This document shows, piece after piece, positions 1 through 9,226 of a stretch of 34,533 bases of DNA. This stretch comes from a bacterium (lineage in GTDB: Bacteria; Zhuqueibacterota; Zhuqueibacteria; Zhuqueibacterales; Zhuqueibacteraceae), in assembly GCA_044869275.1 (NCBI GenBank), contig JBIOXB010000094.1, forward strand, positions 1-34,533, in the 5' to 3' direction. A model generated the notes under the pieces. It made no database searches and was not told where the DNA came from. It saw nothing but the letters and a program-made list of their open reading frames with translations. The translations under genes were made by a program, and so were the position numbers. The number at the start of each line of letters is the position of its first letter. Within the stretch, counting starts at the first letter, position 1.

Positions 1-2
1 TG

Positions 3-126
3 ATTGAACGGTTAAGGCAGCGATGGGAGCTCGGCGAAAAACTTCTGACGCAATTAATTGACGATCTAATGAGTGTCGCCGCAGGCCTGTTTTTACAGCC
101 TCAAATCACGAAGTCAGAAAGTTGAG
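3..126 (+). mobile_element. Right end of a probable insertion sequence (transposase C-terminus with its stop inside the terminal repeat), inserted in the PmoA-like gene
   Basis: An open frame from the window edge reads IERLRQRWELGEKLLTQLIDDLMSVAAGLFLQPQITKSES*, with TGA at 123-125 inside ...TCAGAAAGTTGAG. This is exactly where the opposite-strand gene breaks off prematurely, and the flanking site is TTAT. Only the tail is visible, so no family is assigned. Confidence 0.6.
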
Positions 127-746
127 TTATTATCTTTGAACAAGACGCGTTCGTCCAGCGCGTTGAGCGTCGTGATTCGGTCAATGGCCCGCTCGTTCGG
201 GCCGGCGGAGAATACGAAACGCGTGTCTTCGCGCAGAACGGCGCCGCCCTCCGGTTTGAGCCAATCCATCGTCACCTCGAGTATACCCGCCCGCCTGCCG
301 CTTTCGAGGCGATTGATGGAACGATGCCGAATTGTTCCCATTGCATGCCGGCGCTCCGGTGGAATGGCATTGGAGTTATTCCAAAAATCCAGGCCATTGA
401 CCTCGCCATAATTGAACCAACAGCCGATTTGATGCGGATGATCGGCGCGCTCTCCCGCGCGCGGGTCCAGCGGAAAGCCGCGGGTGACGATCGTGCCCTG
501 GGCCGTGCGCAACGGAAAGAGCACCGGCTTCTTGAGCACAGGAATTGTATCCGCATACAAATAACTCGTAAAGGGCTGGCCGTCGATTAAGATATCCACG
601 CGTTTCTCGGCGTCTTTTCGGATAACCTCGACACCTGAGCGCTGCTGATCTTGTTTCTGCTGCGCGCGACTACGGTGAGGCGTGGGGAGAACAAATGCGG
701 TTATAAGGAGCAGACTGAGAAAGCACTTGCCCTGGAAATTGAACAC
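114..746 (-). pseudogene. PmoA-like/DUF6807 family secreted protein, truncated at its 3' end by the IS
   Basis: Family-typical motifs KPVLFPLRTAQGTIVTRGFP, DHPHQIGCWFNYGEVNGLDFWNNS and RAIDRITTL. Signal peptide after GTG at 746 with a GGAGG RBS (the ORF track extends to 839). It ends abruptly at FKDN-NSTF*, roughly two thirds of the usual length. Confidence 0.7.
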
Positions 747-872
747 AAGTCCTCCTCTGGATCGTGAAAGTAAAAGCGGTGTGACTGGCCATGAGTGATC
801 AGCACGCCTGCGCGGTCGCGAGCGAAAGTTCTGCGCCATTTCGTGCTGTCACCATTATTCCGAGGCGCTGCT

Positions 873-1634
873 TCACTCCAATACTCTGAGCTTGATATTG
901 CGAAAGGAGACGCGGTGGCCATGGTCCTGCAGCAGAATATGCCCCTGCGAGGCCTCGCCAAACTTTTCCCAGACTTTGTACTTGCTCTCGGACACCAGTT
1001 TGCGGAACGCTTCGCTACCGCGTTCATACGCCAACACTTTCCCGCCATTGAGCCAGTGCTCGACATGGCTTCCCTGGGAGATGATGCGCGCTTCATGCCA
1101 TTCTCCCATTGGCTTGACGGTCTTGGGCTCGGCTTTGATGAGATCATAGAGCGAAGCAAGCGTCCGGCTGCCTTCATGATTGCCTGCTTTCGCGTCCGGA
1201 TGCCGCTCGTCATCGAGAATCTGATATTCCAAGCCGATGGCCGAACCGTTGGGCTTTTCCTTTTCCGTAACAAAATATTTGATGCCGCTATTCGCGCCCT
1301 CGGTCAATTTGAATTCCAACTTCAGCTCGAAATTGCCGTATTCCTCCATAGTCACAATGTCTCCGCCATTGCGCGACTCTCCGCCCCCGGAGGCCAGCAC
1401 GACCAGCTCACCATTTTCGATCATCCATCCGCCCTCGGGAAAGGAATCCCGATGCGCGCCGCGCCAGCCGTTGGCGGATTTTCCATCAAAGAGCAAAATC
1501 CATCCTGCGGCCTTCTCCCGTTCGCTCAAAGTATTTGGAACAGCGGAGGGAGCGGCGGTCTTCTTTTCGCTTGCACTCATTGATTTGTTGCACGCGCTCA
1601 TTGATAACAAAAGAGACAGCAAGAATAATTTCAT
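873..1634 (-). CDS. DUF1080 (3-keto-disaccharide hydrolase/hydratase) family lipoprotein
   Basis: Motifs GWILLFDG, GGDIVTMEEYGNFELKLEFK, NSGIKY, EYQILDD, HVEHWLNG and GHILLQDHG. Lipoprotein signal MKLFLLSLLLSMSA-C; AGGAG RBS. Confidence 0.92.
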   Translation of the reverse strand: MKLFLLSLLLSMSACNKSMSASEKKTAAPSAVPNTLSEREKAAGWILLFDGKSANGWRGAHRDSFPEGGWMIENGELVVLASGGGESRNGGDIVTMEEYGNFELKLEFKLTEGANSGIKYFVTEKEKPNGSAIGLEYQILDDERHPDAKAGNHEGSRTLASLYDLIKAEPKTVKPMGEWHEARIISQGSHVEHWLNGGKVLAYERGSEAFRKLVSESKYKVWEKFGEASQGHILLQDHGHRVSFRNIKLRVLE

Positions 1635-1665
1635 AGCTAACTCCTGACACAGTCAAAATCCTTGT

Positions 1666-3285
1666 TCACACGATTTTCCGCTTTACCGCATCCCATTCCA
1701 CACGGCGCTGTTCGCGATAGGCTTTCGTGATCATCTGGCAGGCCACCGCCGATTCGAAGCCTTTTTCAATGCCGCAGCTCGGTGTACCGCCGTTGCGGAT
1801 GCAATCGAGCCATTCCTTTATATGCAGATGCGCCACGTCCACGCGCCGGCCGTCGCGATAGGTATAAACGAGCCCGCGGCTCGCATAATATTTCTGGCTG
1901 GCCGTGGTGACGGCATCGAGATTGCCTGCGCCAGGGCGATAAGTGATCAGGGGCAGCGCCGGCTCAATAATCCCGGCGAGAATGCTATCCTTGTAACGCG
2001 TGGAGTCGGCATCCACAGTCACGGTCAGGCTGCTGCCCACCTCCATCGCAGCATCGTGGCCCATGAAAACGCGCCCGCGCGAGCGGCTGTTCGCCAGTGA
2101 AGCGCTGTAAATAAACGTAAGATCGCGGCCGGGAAACTCGAGCACGGCTTGAAAGACGTCGGGGATCTCCCGGCCGTCCTTGAAGAAATAAATTCCTCCC
2201 GAGGCCACCGCATATTGGGGAATGCCGAGATTGAGAATTTGATTGGCGGCATCGTATTCATGCGAGAATAATTGATTGGCGAGTCCGGTGCCATAATCCC
2301 ACCACTTTGTCCAGTTGTAGTAACGCTCGGCACTGAACGGCACTTTGGGGCTGGAGCCAAGCCATCCCTGCCAATCAATGGTTGCGGCGCTGCCCGGCTT
2401 GGGATTTCCTTTGCCGTCGAGATGGCGAATCCATGCGCCGTTGGGCGTGTTCCGATTGGTCGTGGTTTCGATCAGAGTGATTTTTCCGAGAAGGTTTCGA
2501 GCGACGACCTCTTTGGCTTTTTCATAACAGGCATTTTGCGGATATTGGTGGCCCAATTGAAAAACCACACCGCTCTTCTTCACCGCTTCCACCACCCGAT
2601 CGATCTCCTCCTCCGTGCGCGTCATGCCCTTCTCGCAATAAACATGCTTGCCGGCTTCAGCCGCCGCAATGGTCATGGGCGCATGCTGATGGTCGGGCGT
2701 CGCGATGATGACCGCGTCGATATCGTTGCTGTGAAGCATTTCACGATAATCGCGATAGCGCTTGGCGTAGGGCAAGCGCCCCGCGCTTTCTTGAGGGCGC
2801 ACGTCATGGTTGGCCGCGGCCAGCGCTCTTTCGGCTCGCAAGTCAAACACATCGCAAACGCCGGTGATGACCACGTTCAAATCGTCCTGTTGCAGCCAGT
2901 CCTCCAGTCTCTGGTCCAGCTTGTTTGTTTGCGCTGCATTCTTCACTTCTGCGATCCAATCCGGATGCGCAAATCCTGCCGAGCGGAGCAAATCTTCGCC
3001 TCGGCTGCCATAGCCGATGATGCCCAGACGAATGAGATCGCCGGCGGGCTTCATCGCCGTTCTGGGAAGGACGGCCGGAGAGGCTTGGTTGAGACCAAGT
3101 TCAGCGAGAATTTCGTTTTTCTGGTGATAATCGCGGGAGCGCTTTTTCATCAGCTCATAAAAAAAGGCGCCGAACACCGGCAGCGTGGCCAAGCCCTTGA
3201 GAAACTCGCGGCGGCCCACTGGGCCGTTTGGGCTGCTTCCTGGCCGCGTCCCGTTCTGTGGTGAAAAGTTATGTTCATTTTCCAT
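1666..3285 (-). CDS. Gfo/Idh/MocA family NAD(P)-dependent oxidoreductase with a twin-arginine-like N-terminus
   Basis: Rossmann motif LGIIGYGSRG, DAVIIATPDHQH, GKHVYCEKG and GRREFLKG. The start is probably ATG 3285 after GAGGG (the track gives 3324). Confidence 0.92.
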   Translation of the reverse strand: MENEHNFSPQNGTRPGSSPNGPVGRREFLKGLATLPVFGAFFYELMKKRSRDYHQKNEILAELGLNQASPAVLPRTAMKPAGDLIRLGIIGYGSRGEDLLRSAGFAHPDWIAEVKNAAQTNKLDQRLEDWLQQDDLNVVITGVCDVFDLRAERALAAANHDVRPQESAGRLPYAKRYRDYREMLHSNDIDAVIIATPDHQHAPMTIAAAEAGKHVYCEKGMTRTEEEIDRVVEAVKKSGVVFQLGHQYPQNACYEKAKEVVARNLLGKITLIETTTNRNTPNGAWIRHLDGKGNPKPGSAATIDWQGWLGSSPKVPFSAERYYNWTKWWDYGTGLANQLFSHEYDAANQILNLGIPQYAVASGGIYFFKDGREIPDVFQAVLEFPGRDLTFIYSASLANSRSRGRVFMGHDAAMEVGSSLTVTVDADSTRYKDSILAGIIEPALPLITYRPGAGNLDAVTTASQKYYASRGLVYTYRDGRRVDVAHLHIKEWLDCIRNGGTPSCGIEKGFESAVACQMITKAYREQRRVEWDAVKRKIV

Positions 3286-3485
3286 AGCCATCCCTCGCAT
3301 GGACCCGCTCTGTTCAGCGGGCAAAATTCTTGTTTGAAAAAAAAATGTATCTGACGAACTACGATTGGTGCGATGCGCCGTTCAAGGTCAGAATAGAACC
3401 TGAAAGTTGTTCGCACCTCTTAAGCTCTTTTCAACATAGCGACACAGAGTTTCATAGCGTGCCAGAGCCGTAACCAAAATGCTTA

Positions 3486-3548
3486 CACACGGATCAAAAA
3501 ACCACACGGAAATTTTTAAACTATCTGCGTGGTTTTTTAATCCGCGTG
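3486..3548. repeat. Imperfect 25-bp inverted repeat with an internal CACACGGA direct repeat
   Basis: CACACGGATCAAAAAACCACACGGA (3486-3510) pairs with TCTGCGTGGTTTTTTAATCCGCGTG (3524-3548) at 21/25 positions. Confidence 0.75.
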
Positions 3549-3663
3549 GAATAGATCTCTGCTCAATTGCAAAGATCTCACCTAAAGGACTTCAGTTGTC
3601 AACCTGTTTGAAAAGTGGTGTAATCTGCTACAGGCCCATGGGTTCTTGCTACCGCCTTTGTTT

Positions 3664-4203
3664 TCATGCTTGCAGCGAACGCGCTTTCTTTCTGAAGATG
3701 AAAAGATCCAAACCAGCTAGTTTTCCCGTGGGAAACAATGCCAGCACGAGCAATGCGGCCAGTATAATCAAATTCTTGTTGACCACCAAATAGCTTCCTT
3801 CCGTGGGCATGGTATAGCTGAGGCCGACAAAAGGCGGCGCCGCAACGTAATAGAGCAGCAACAGAACGATGCCGGAAATCGTCGCCACCTGCGTAAAGCA
3901 GCCGGCGATCAAGCCGGCGCCGATCGCGATCAAGCCCCATTGATTCAGCACATCAACAATTCTCAACACAGCCGGATTCGCGACGATGGAGATGAACAGG
4001 CCGGAAAACACCCATTTGGACTCCAGCAGATAATTGGCTGATGACCAGTAGGGATTCAAGATTTTGGAGAGGCCTTCATACAAAAAGTGCCAGCCGATCA
4101 AGACGCGCAACAAAACCAGCGAAACGAATTGTGCATTGGAGCAGGCCTGCGCTCGCGGCAGGCGGACCGTCTCTCGTGCGGCAATCTTGGTCTCGGAGTT
4201 CAT
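3664..4203 (-). CDS. DoxX family membrane protein
   Basis: Motifs LRVLIGWHFLYEGLSKI, WSSANYL and EGSYLVVNKNLI, with about four hydrophobic helices. ATG 4203 has an AGGGAG RBS (track start 4242). Confidence 0.88.
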   Translation of the reverse strand: MNSETKIAARETVRLPRAQACSNAQFVSLVLLRVLIGWHFLYEGLSKILNPYWSSANYLLESKWVFSGLFISIVANPAVLRIVDVLNQWGLIAIGAGLIAGCFTQVATISGIVLLLLYYVAAPPFVGLSYTMPTEGSYLVVNKNLIILAALLVLALFPTGKLAGLDLFIFRKKARSLQA

Positions 4204-4222
4204 GAGTATTGCTCCCTTAAAT

Positions 4223-5086
4223 TTATCCCGCCAGCCCGGCAAGCACCCCGCGCATGTAGGCGAACGACTGTTTCATGCCGGGCAGCGGATTATGCTCGTC
4301 GATTTCGTATTCCAAATTCACGTAACCCGCATATTTCATCTTCTGTAACTGTACAAAAATCTGCGGAATCGGCATGGCGCCCTCGCCCACGATGCACTGG
4401 CTTTCTTTGACCAGCAAGTCTTTGAGATCCTTGATGTGCATGTCGAGCACGCGATCTCCGGCCTCGGCCAGGGCTTGCACAATGTCCGCGCCGGTGCGCG
4501 TGGTATGCCCGACATCGACGCAAAGTCCGACGCGGGGATCCATGTTCTGGATGAGCGATAAGGCGTCTTTGGGCGCGGGAAAGTATTTGTCCTCGGGACC
4601 GTGATTGTGAATCGCGACTTTGATATCGTATTGCTTGACGAATTTTTCGATACGAGGCAGGATTTCCGGCGTGGGAGCAATGACGAGCAACGGCATGCCA
4701 CTCAGCTTGGCATACTCAAAAAACTTGCGCACATGCTCATCCGTGTCTGTGATGATGTTGTTATTGCCGCCGCCAACGATCTGCAATCCGGCTGCTGCAA
4801 ATTCTTCCCGGGCGGCGGCTAATTCTGCGGGTGTGCTTTCATATGGCAGGTGGAATGATTTGAGGTTAATATACGGCGTGCGCAGCTCCTGCACCATCTT
4901 GATGGCCTGCGCGCGGCTGAAGGCGCGAAGGGAGTAACTCGCCACGCCGAGCTTGATCTCCCAAGTGGAGCTCTGGTTTGAGGCCACGCGCCTGGTGCTG
5001 GCCAAATCAGGAGCGACAACAGCACCGGCAGCGCCCAGCGCGGCCATGCCCAAAAAATCCCGGCGCGACTGCAATTCATGAGACAT
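4223..5086 (-). CDS. Sugar phosphate isomerase/epimerase (AP_endonuc_2 TIM-barrel) family protein, Tat-exported
   Basis: Tat signal SRRDFLG; motifs KLGVASYSLR, AIHNHGPED, CVDVGH, MHIKD and LEYE; GAGGAGG RBS. Confidence 0.9.
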   Translation of the reverse strand: MSHELQSRRDFLGMAALGAAGAVVAPDLASTRRVASNQSSTWEIKLGVASYSLRAFSRAQAIKMVQELRTPYINLKSFHLPYESTPAELAAAREEFAAAGLQIVGGGNNNIITDTDEHVRKFFEYAKLSGMPLLVIAPTPEILPRIEKFVKQYDIKVAIHNHGPEDKYFPAPKDALSLIQNMDPRVGLCVDVGHTTRTGADIVQALAEAGDRVLDMHIKDLKDLLVKESQCIVGEGAMPIPQIFVQLQKMKYAGYVNLEYEIDEHNPLPGMKQSFAYMRGVLAGLAG

Positions 5087-5243
5087 CGCTTCCTCCTCAT
5101 TGATTGCGTGCCAAAAACGGAAATTGCAGTATCAACTTTCTTTGCTATTCCAGAGAATTTTTTTCAGCATAACCCCAGTGGCCAGTGGACAAAAACCCAG
5201 ACTTCTCAACGATTTCTTGCACGATGTTATTATTAGGCTCTGA

Positions 5244-5399
5244 TAGCTTGACAATGTTAACTTAGCTTACCTTCCTCATTTCATGACATCCCGGAGGGAT
5301 CTTTTTCTGCACTTGGCACAGTGCTTATGCTGAAAAAGATCCCGAAGCTTCGGGATGACAAGAAGTGGGTGAGATACTCAACTTAACATTGTCAAGTTA
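5244..5399. mobile_element. MITE-like element A, copy 1 (~150 bp)
   Basis: Perfect 14-bp TIR CTTGACAATGTTAA (5247-5260) / TTAACATTGTCAAG (5383-5396). Internal hairpin ACATCCCGGAGGGATC...GATCCCGAAGCTTCGGGATGAC. An inverted homologous copy lies at 18209-18363. Confidence 0.85.
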
Positions 5400-5504
5400 A
5401 AACATAGAACTAAAATCCGCCCAATCCGTGTCATCCGTGGTCAAAAAAAACTTTTGAAAAATCTCTGACTCCTCGGGAAGGCAGGACACGGTGCTCAGAT
5501 GAGG

Positions 5505-7643
5505 TCACGTCCCTCTTAAGTCCTCCGCCCCTATCGGCAGGTGCCGAATCCGTTTTCCTGTGATCGCAAAAATCGCATTGGCTACCGCCGGAGCAATGGG
5601 TGGAAGACCAGGCTCGCCGATCCCGCCGGGAGCTTCGTTGCTCTGTATCAAATGTATCTCCACCTGCGGCATGTCCTCCATGCGCGGCATTTGATAATCC
5701 CAAAAGTCCTTTTGCACCACGCCGCCTTTTTCGATGGTGATCGCATTCTTGAGGGCCGCGCTCAGGCCATAGACAATCGCGCCTTCGATCTGTGCCTCGA
5801 TGGTATCGGGATTGACTTGCATGCCGCAATCAACCGCAGCCACCACGCGATGCACTTTCACCCCGGCGTCTTTGTCAATCGAAACTTCCGCGACCTCAGC
5901 GACAAAAGTCTTGAATGAAAGCGAGCAGGCGATGCCGAGGGCATGACCTTTCGGCAGGCGCCTGCCCCAATCCGCCTTGGTCGCAGCAAGCTCCACAACT
6001 TTTTTCATGCGCGGGGATTTATCCAACATCTGCATGCGAAATTGATAAGGATCGGCTTTCGCCAGCGCCGCAAGCTCGTCTATAAAGCTCTCCACCGCAA
6101 AGACATTTTGCGAAGCATACACCGAGCGCCACCATCCCAACGGAACCGCGACGGGCGCCCACACGTAATCGACGAACACATTGGGAATGCGATACGGCAT
6201 TTCAACCGCACACTCCACCGCGCCGCGGTCGAGGCCGTTCTTGGGGCCCTCAGGCTTCGCTTGCGCCGAGATCGAAGGCGCCACCACGCGATGTTGCCAT
6301 GCCGTTAATTCTCCGGCGTCGTTCACCGTTCCTTTGAGTACGTGATGGCTCACCGGGCGATACCAACCGTGCTGCATGTCGTCATCGCGCGTCCATGTCA
6401 CTTTCACCGGCGCATTTATCGCTTTCGAGAGGCTCGCGGCTTCGACCACAAAATCAGATTCCAGTCTGCGCCCGAAAGCGCCGCCCATGAGCGTGATGTG
6501 TACGGTGATGTTTTCAGGTGCAATGCCGAGCGCCGCCGCCACGTCCCGCGGCACATTTTGCGGCGATTGCGTGGGCGCCCAGATTTCGCAGTGCCCGTCA
6601 TGGAAATGCGCGAGGCAATTCATCGGCTCCATTGCAGCTTGCGCGGCGAAAGGCACGTCGTAAACCGTTTCAATTTTTTTCGTCGCTGCCGCGAATACCA
6701 CACCGGCATCCCCTTCTTTTTCCGCCACGGCGCCTTCAGATTTAGATTTCTCGACCAGCATCTGGCGGATGCCGTTACTGTTCAGATTAGCGTTCGCGCC
6801 TTCTTCCCAAGTGATGTCGAGCGCCTCGCGGCCTTTGAGCGCATGCCAGGTGGAATCGGCTACGACAGCGATACCGCTCTCGATCGCAACCACATCTTTG
6901 ACTCCGGGCATGGCCTTCGCTTTCGCCGCCTCGAATTGCGCGGCTTTGCCTCCAAAAACCGGGCAGCGTGCCACGACCGCATAAAACATGTTCGGCACTT
7001 GCATGTCGATGCCATAGTTCGCGCTGCCATCCACTTTTTCGGGCGTGTCGAGTCGCGGCAGGCGCTTGCCGATAATTTTGAAATTTGCGGGGTCCTTCAA
7101 AGGCGCATCTTCCGGCACGGGCAATTGCGCAGCCGTTGTCACAAGCTGGCCATAACGCAATTTTTTGCCGGTGGGCATGTGCATGATCGTGCCGTTTTCT
7201 GCGCGGCACGTCCCTCGCTCATCTCCCCAAGTTTGTGCAGCAGCAGTGATCAGCATTTCACGGGCAATGGCGCCGGCCTTGCGCAGCTTCTCCATGTTGG
7301 TGCGAATACTGGCGCTGCCTCCAGTGCCCATGCGGCCGTATTTTGGATCAAAATCAGGCTGCAGGTACTGCACGGTCGACCAATCAGCTTCCAGTTCTTC
7401 TGCGATGATCATCGGAATCGAAGTGCGCACGCCCTGTCCCATTTCCGATCGGAAAACGGCGATGGTGATGCGATCATCGGGATCGATGCGCAGCCAGGCG
7501 TTGGGTGAAAATGAGCCGGCCTCGGCGGCAGAAGCTTCGTTCTTGTGCTGCGAGGGAAGATGAAAGCCGAGGACAAGTCCTGCGCCGGCGGTGGAGACGA
7601 CTTTAATGAAGTCGCGGCGTGAAAGAGTCGAAGTATTTTGCAT
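5505..7643 (-). CDS. iorB: Xanthine dehydrogenase family molybdopterin-binding subunit (isoquinoline 1-oxidoreductase beta-like), Tat signal
   Basis: LSRRDFIK signal; motifs SEMGQG, TGGSAS, MEPMNC, GGAFGRR, GWWRSV and GGIGEPGLPPIAPAVANAIF. The start is ATG 7643 or TTG 7661. Confidence 0.92.
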   Translation of the reverse strand: MQNTSTLSRRDFIKVVSTAGAGLVLGFHLPSQHKNEASAAEAGSFSPNAWLRIDPDDRITIAVFRSEMGQGVRTSIPMIIAEELEADWSTVQYLQPDFDPKYGRMGTGGSASIRTNMEKLRKAGAIAREMLITAAAQTWGDERGTCRAENGTIMHMPTGKKLRYGQLVTTAAQLPVPEDAPLKDPANFKIIGKRLPRLDTPEKVDGSANYGIDMQVPNMFYAVVARCPVFGGKAAQFEAAKAKAMPGVKDVVAIESGIAVVADSTWHALKGREALDITWEEGANANLNSNGIRQMLVEKSKSEGAVAEKEGDAGVVFAAATKKIETVYDVPFAAQAAMEPMNCLAHFHDGHCEIWAPTQSPQNVPRDVAAALGIAPENITVHITLMGGAFGRRLESDFVVEAASLSKAINAPVKVTWTRDDDMQHGWYRPVSHHVLKGTVNDAGELTAWQHRVVAPSISAQAKPEGPKNGLDRGAVECAVEMPYRIPNVFVDYVWAPVAVPLGWWRSVYASQNVFAVESFIDELAALAKADPYQFRMQMLDKSPRMKKVVELAATKADWGRRLPKGHALGIACSLSFKTFVAEVAEVSIDKDAGVKVHRVVAAVDCGMQVNPDTIEAQIEGAIVYGLSAALKNAITIEKGGVVQKDFWDYQMPRMEDMPQVEIHLIQSNEAPGGIGEPGLPPIAPAVANAIFAITGKRIRHLPIGAEDLRGT

Positions 7644-7655
7644 GTTTTCATCCTT

Positions 7656-7851
7656 ATTCAAAGCCTCTCTCCAATTATTTTTCCTTGATTCTTTCTACTC
7701 CTGAAGGCAAAACACCTGAAAGCTAAGGCAAAATCATTTAATTGCAAAATGATTCAAAGCCTCCCTCTAATTATTTTGCCATCAAATCATTTTGCCTTGA
7801 TTCTTTTTGTTTCTGAACGCAAAACGATTAAGCGCTAAGGTAAAATCGTTT
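7656..7851. repeat. Tandem ~85-100 bp imperfect direct repeat with ATTTTGCC/GGCAAAAT motifs at the 3' flank of the GxxExxY gene
   Basis: ATTCAAAGCCTC...CCTTGATTCTTT...CTGAA.GCAAAAC...GCTAAGG(C/T)AAAATC occurs at 7656-7739 and 7752-7851. The second copy overlaps the GxxExxY stop codon. Confidence 0.8.
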
Positions 7852-8653
7852 TGAATACGATTTTAGCATGGTTAAAATTGATCCATTGAAACGCTCTTAA
7901 TGATGCGAATCGAACAAACTGGCGAAGATGCTTCTCATAAAATGTCTCGCCCTTCGTAATCGATGATATCTTGAAAGCAACCTCTCTGTTAATCATGTGA
8001 CTTTTTTGTGTGCCAAGAAAGTTTGAACCATGTCTGATTTCAATTTTCTTGATAACGTTTTCTTCTCCGCCGCGAAAATGGTAAATGGCTTCGTAAAACA
8101 AGCTGTTGCCAAGAAAAGCGCCCCATTCTCTCACAAGATTTGTCATCAGTTGTTTAAGCCACACACCGTCTTCATCATGATCTTGCCAATCAGAATCGTC
8201 AATGCTGAAAGCGTAGCGTTCCTCCGGGGTTATTTTAGTTGAAACAAAGCGATGTTCCACGGAAGAAGGTTGCATGTTGATAAGTTTTCCGCGTTGCATG
8301 CCAAGCAGAAAAAGATAATTGAGCGCTTGCTTGCGATGCTCTCCACTCAACGCTTGTGCGGATTTCATCTCATAGATCACTGCATTATCAACCAAGACAT
8401 CGACATAATAAGACTTACTGAAATCCTTGTGGGAAACCCGGATGGGAACTTCCGTGGAAACTTTTTCAAAGCCCGCTCTTTGACAACGATCGGCCAGCTC
8501 ATTTTGATAGATCGATTCATTCCAAAATCTGCCCATTTCTCTATGAATCGAAAAGGCCAGTCCCATCACTTTGTAGTCTAGCGAGTGAAAAGCCTCATCT
8601 GAAATCGTCTTAATTTCGACACCATGAGTTATTGGCATGGCTCTCCCCCTCAA
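7835..8653 (-). CDS. GxxExxY family (PD-(D/E)XK-like) protein, long form
   Basis: Motifs AFSIHREMGRFWNESIYQNELA, EVPIRV, YYVDVLVDNAVIYEMKS and HRKQALNYL...GKLINM. Visibly AT-richer than its neighbours. The start may be ATG 8638 after GAGGGGGAG. Confidence 0.88.
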   Translation of the reverse strand: MRGRAMPITHGVEIKTISDEAFHSLDYKVMGLAFSIHREMGRFWNESIYQNELADRCQRAGFEKVSTEVPIRVSHKDFSKSYYVDVLVDNAVIYEMKSAQALSGEHRKQALNYLFLLGMQRGKLINMQPSSVEHRFVSTKITPEERYAFSIDDSDWQDHDEDGVWLKQLMTNLVREWGAFLGNSLFYEAIYHFRGGEENVIKKIEIRHGSNFLGTQKSHMINREVAFKISSITKGETFYEKHLRQFVRFASLRAFQWINFNHAKIVFKTILP

Positions 8654-8740
8654 TCTTCTCCGCTATCAAATGAATTCCAAAACAACGGCTGGGATGGCAT
8701 TGTTTTGAAGTCGTTTTGCCCTCAAATTATTTTGCCATGA

Positions 8741-9226
8741 TTATTTTGCACTGGCCGCGCGATGAATGGCGCGGCGGATGCGATTGTAAGTGCCGCAGCG
8801 GCAGAGATTGTTGCTCATCGCCATGTCAATGTCGGCATCTGTGGGTTTGGGCTTGCGCGCGAGCAGCGCCGCCGCTGCCATGATTTGTCCAGACTGGCAA
8901 TAGCCGCACTGCGGCACGTCTTCGGCGATCCAGGCTTTTTGTAAAGCATGGCTGCGATTCGCCGCAAGCCCTTCGATGGTCGTGATCGTCTTGCCTTGGC
9001 AGTCGCCGACGTGCATTTGGCACGAAATCATCGCTTCGCCGTCGAGAAGAACGGTGCAGGCGCCGCACTGGCCCAGGCCACAGCCGAATTTCGTGCCGGT
9101 AAGGGCGAGCGTGTCCCGCAAGACCCACAGCAGCGGCGTGTCGGGCTCGACCTCGACCGTGCGCTTTTGTTGGTTGATGGTTAGTGTGATAGAAGCCATC
9201 GCAAGATTCACGGGATGAGAATTCAT
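8741..9226 (-). CDS. iorA: (2Fe-2S)-binding small subunit of the molybdo-oxidoreductase (isoquinoline 1-oxidoreductase alpha-like)
   Basis: Motifs [36 protein letters not shown] and NLCRCGTY. Alternative start at 9199. Confidence 0.95.
   Translation of the reverse strand: MNSHPVNLAMASITLTINQQKRTVEVEPDTPLLWVLRDTLALTGTKFGCGLGQCGACTVLLDGEAMISCQMHVGDCQGKTITTIEGLAANRSHALQKAWIAEDVPQCGYCQSGQIMAAAALLARKPKPTDADIDMAMSNNLCRCGTYNRIRRAIHRAASAK

Noticed and set aside
114..746. Methane monooxygenase function for the PmoA-like gene
   Set aside because: The family name is a database label. The protein is soluble, secreted and in a sugar cluster, with no pmoB/pmoC.
795..7508. Long plus-strand ORFs such as 795-1583, 2272-3264 and 6342-7508 (also 12933-14021, 15518-16309, 33477-34208)
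   Set aside because: They are antisense shadows of well-supported minus-strand genes in GC-rich DNA, with no recognisable motifs.
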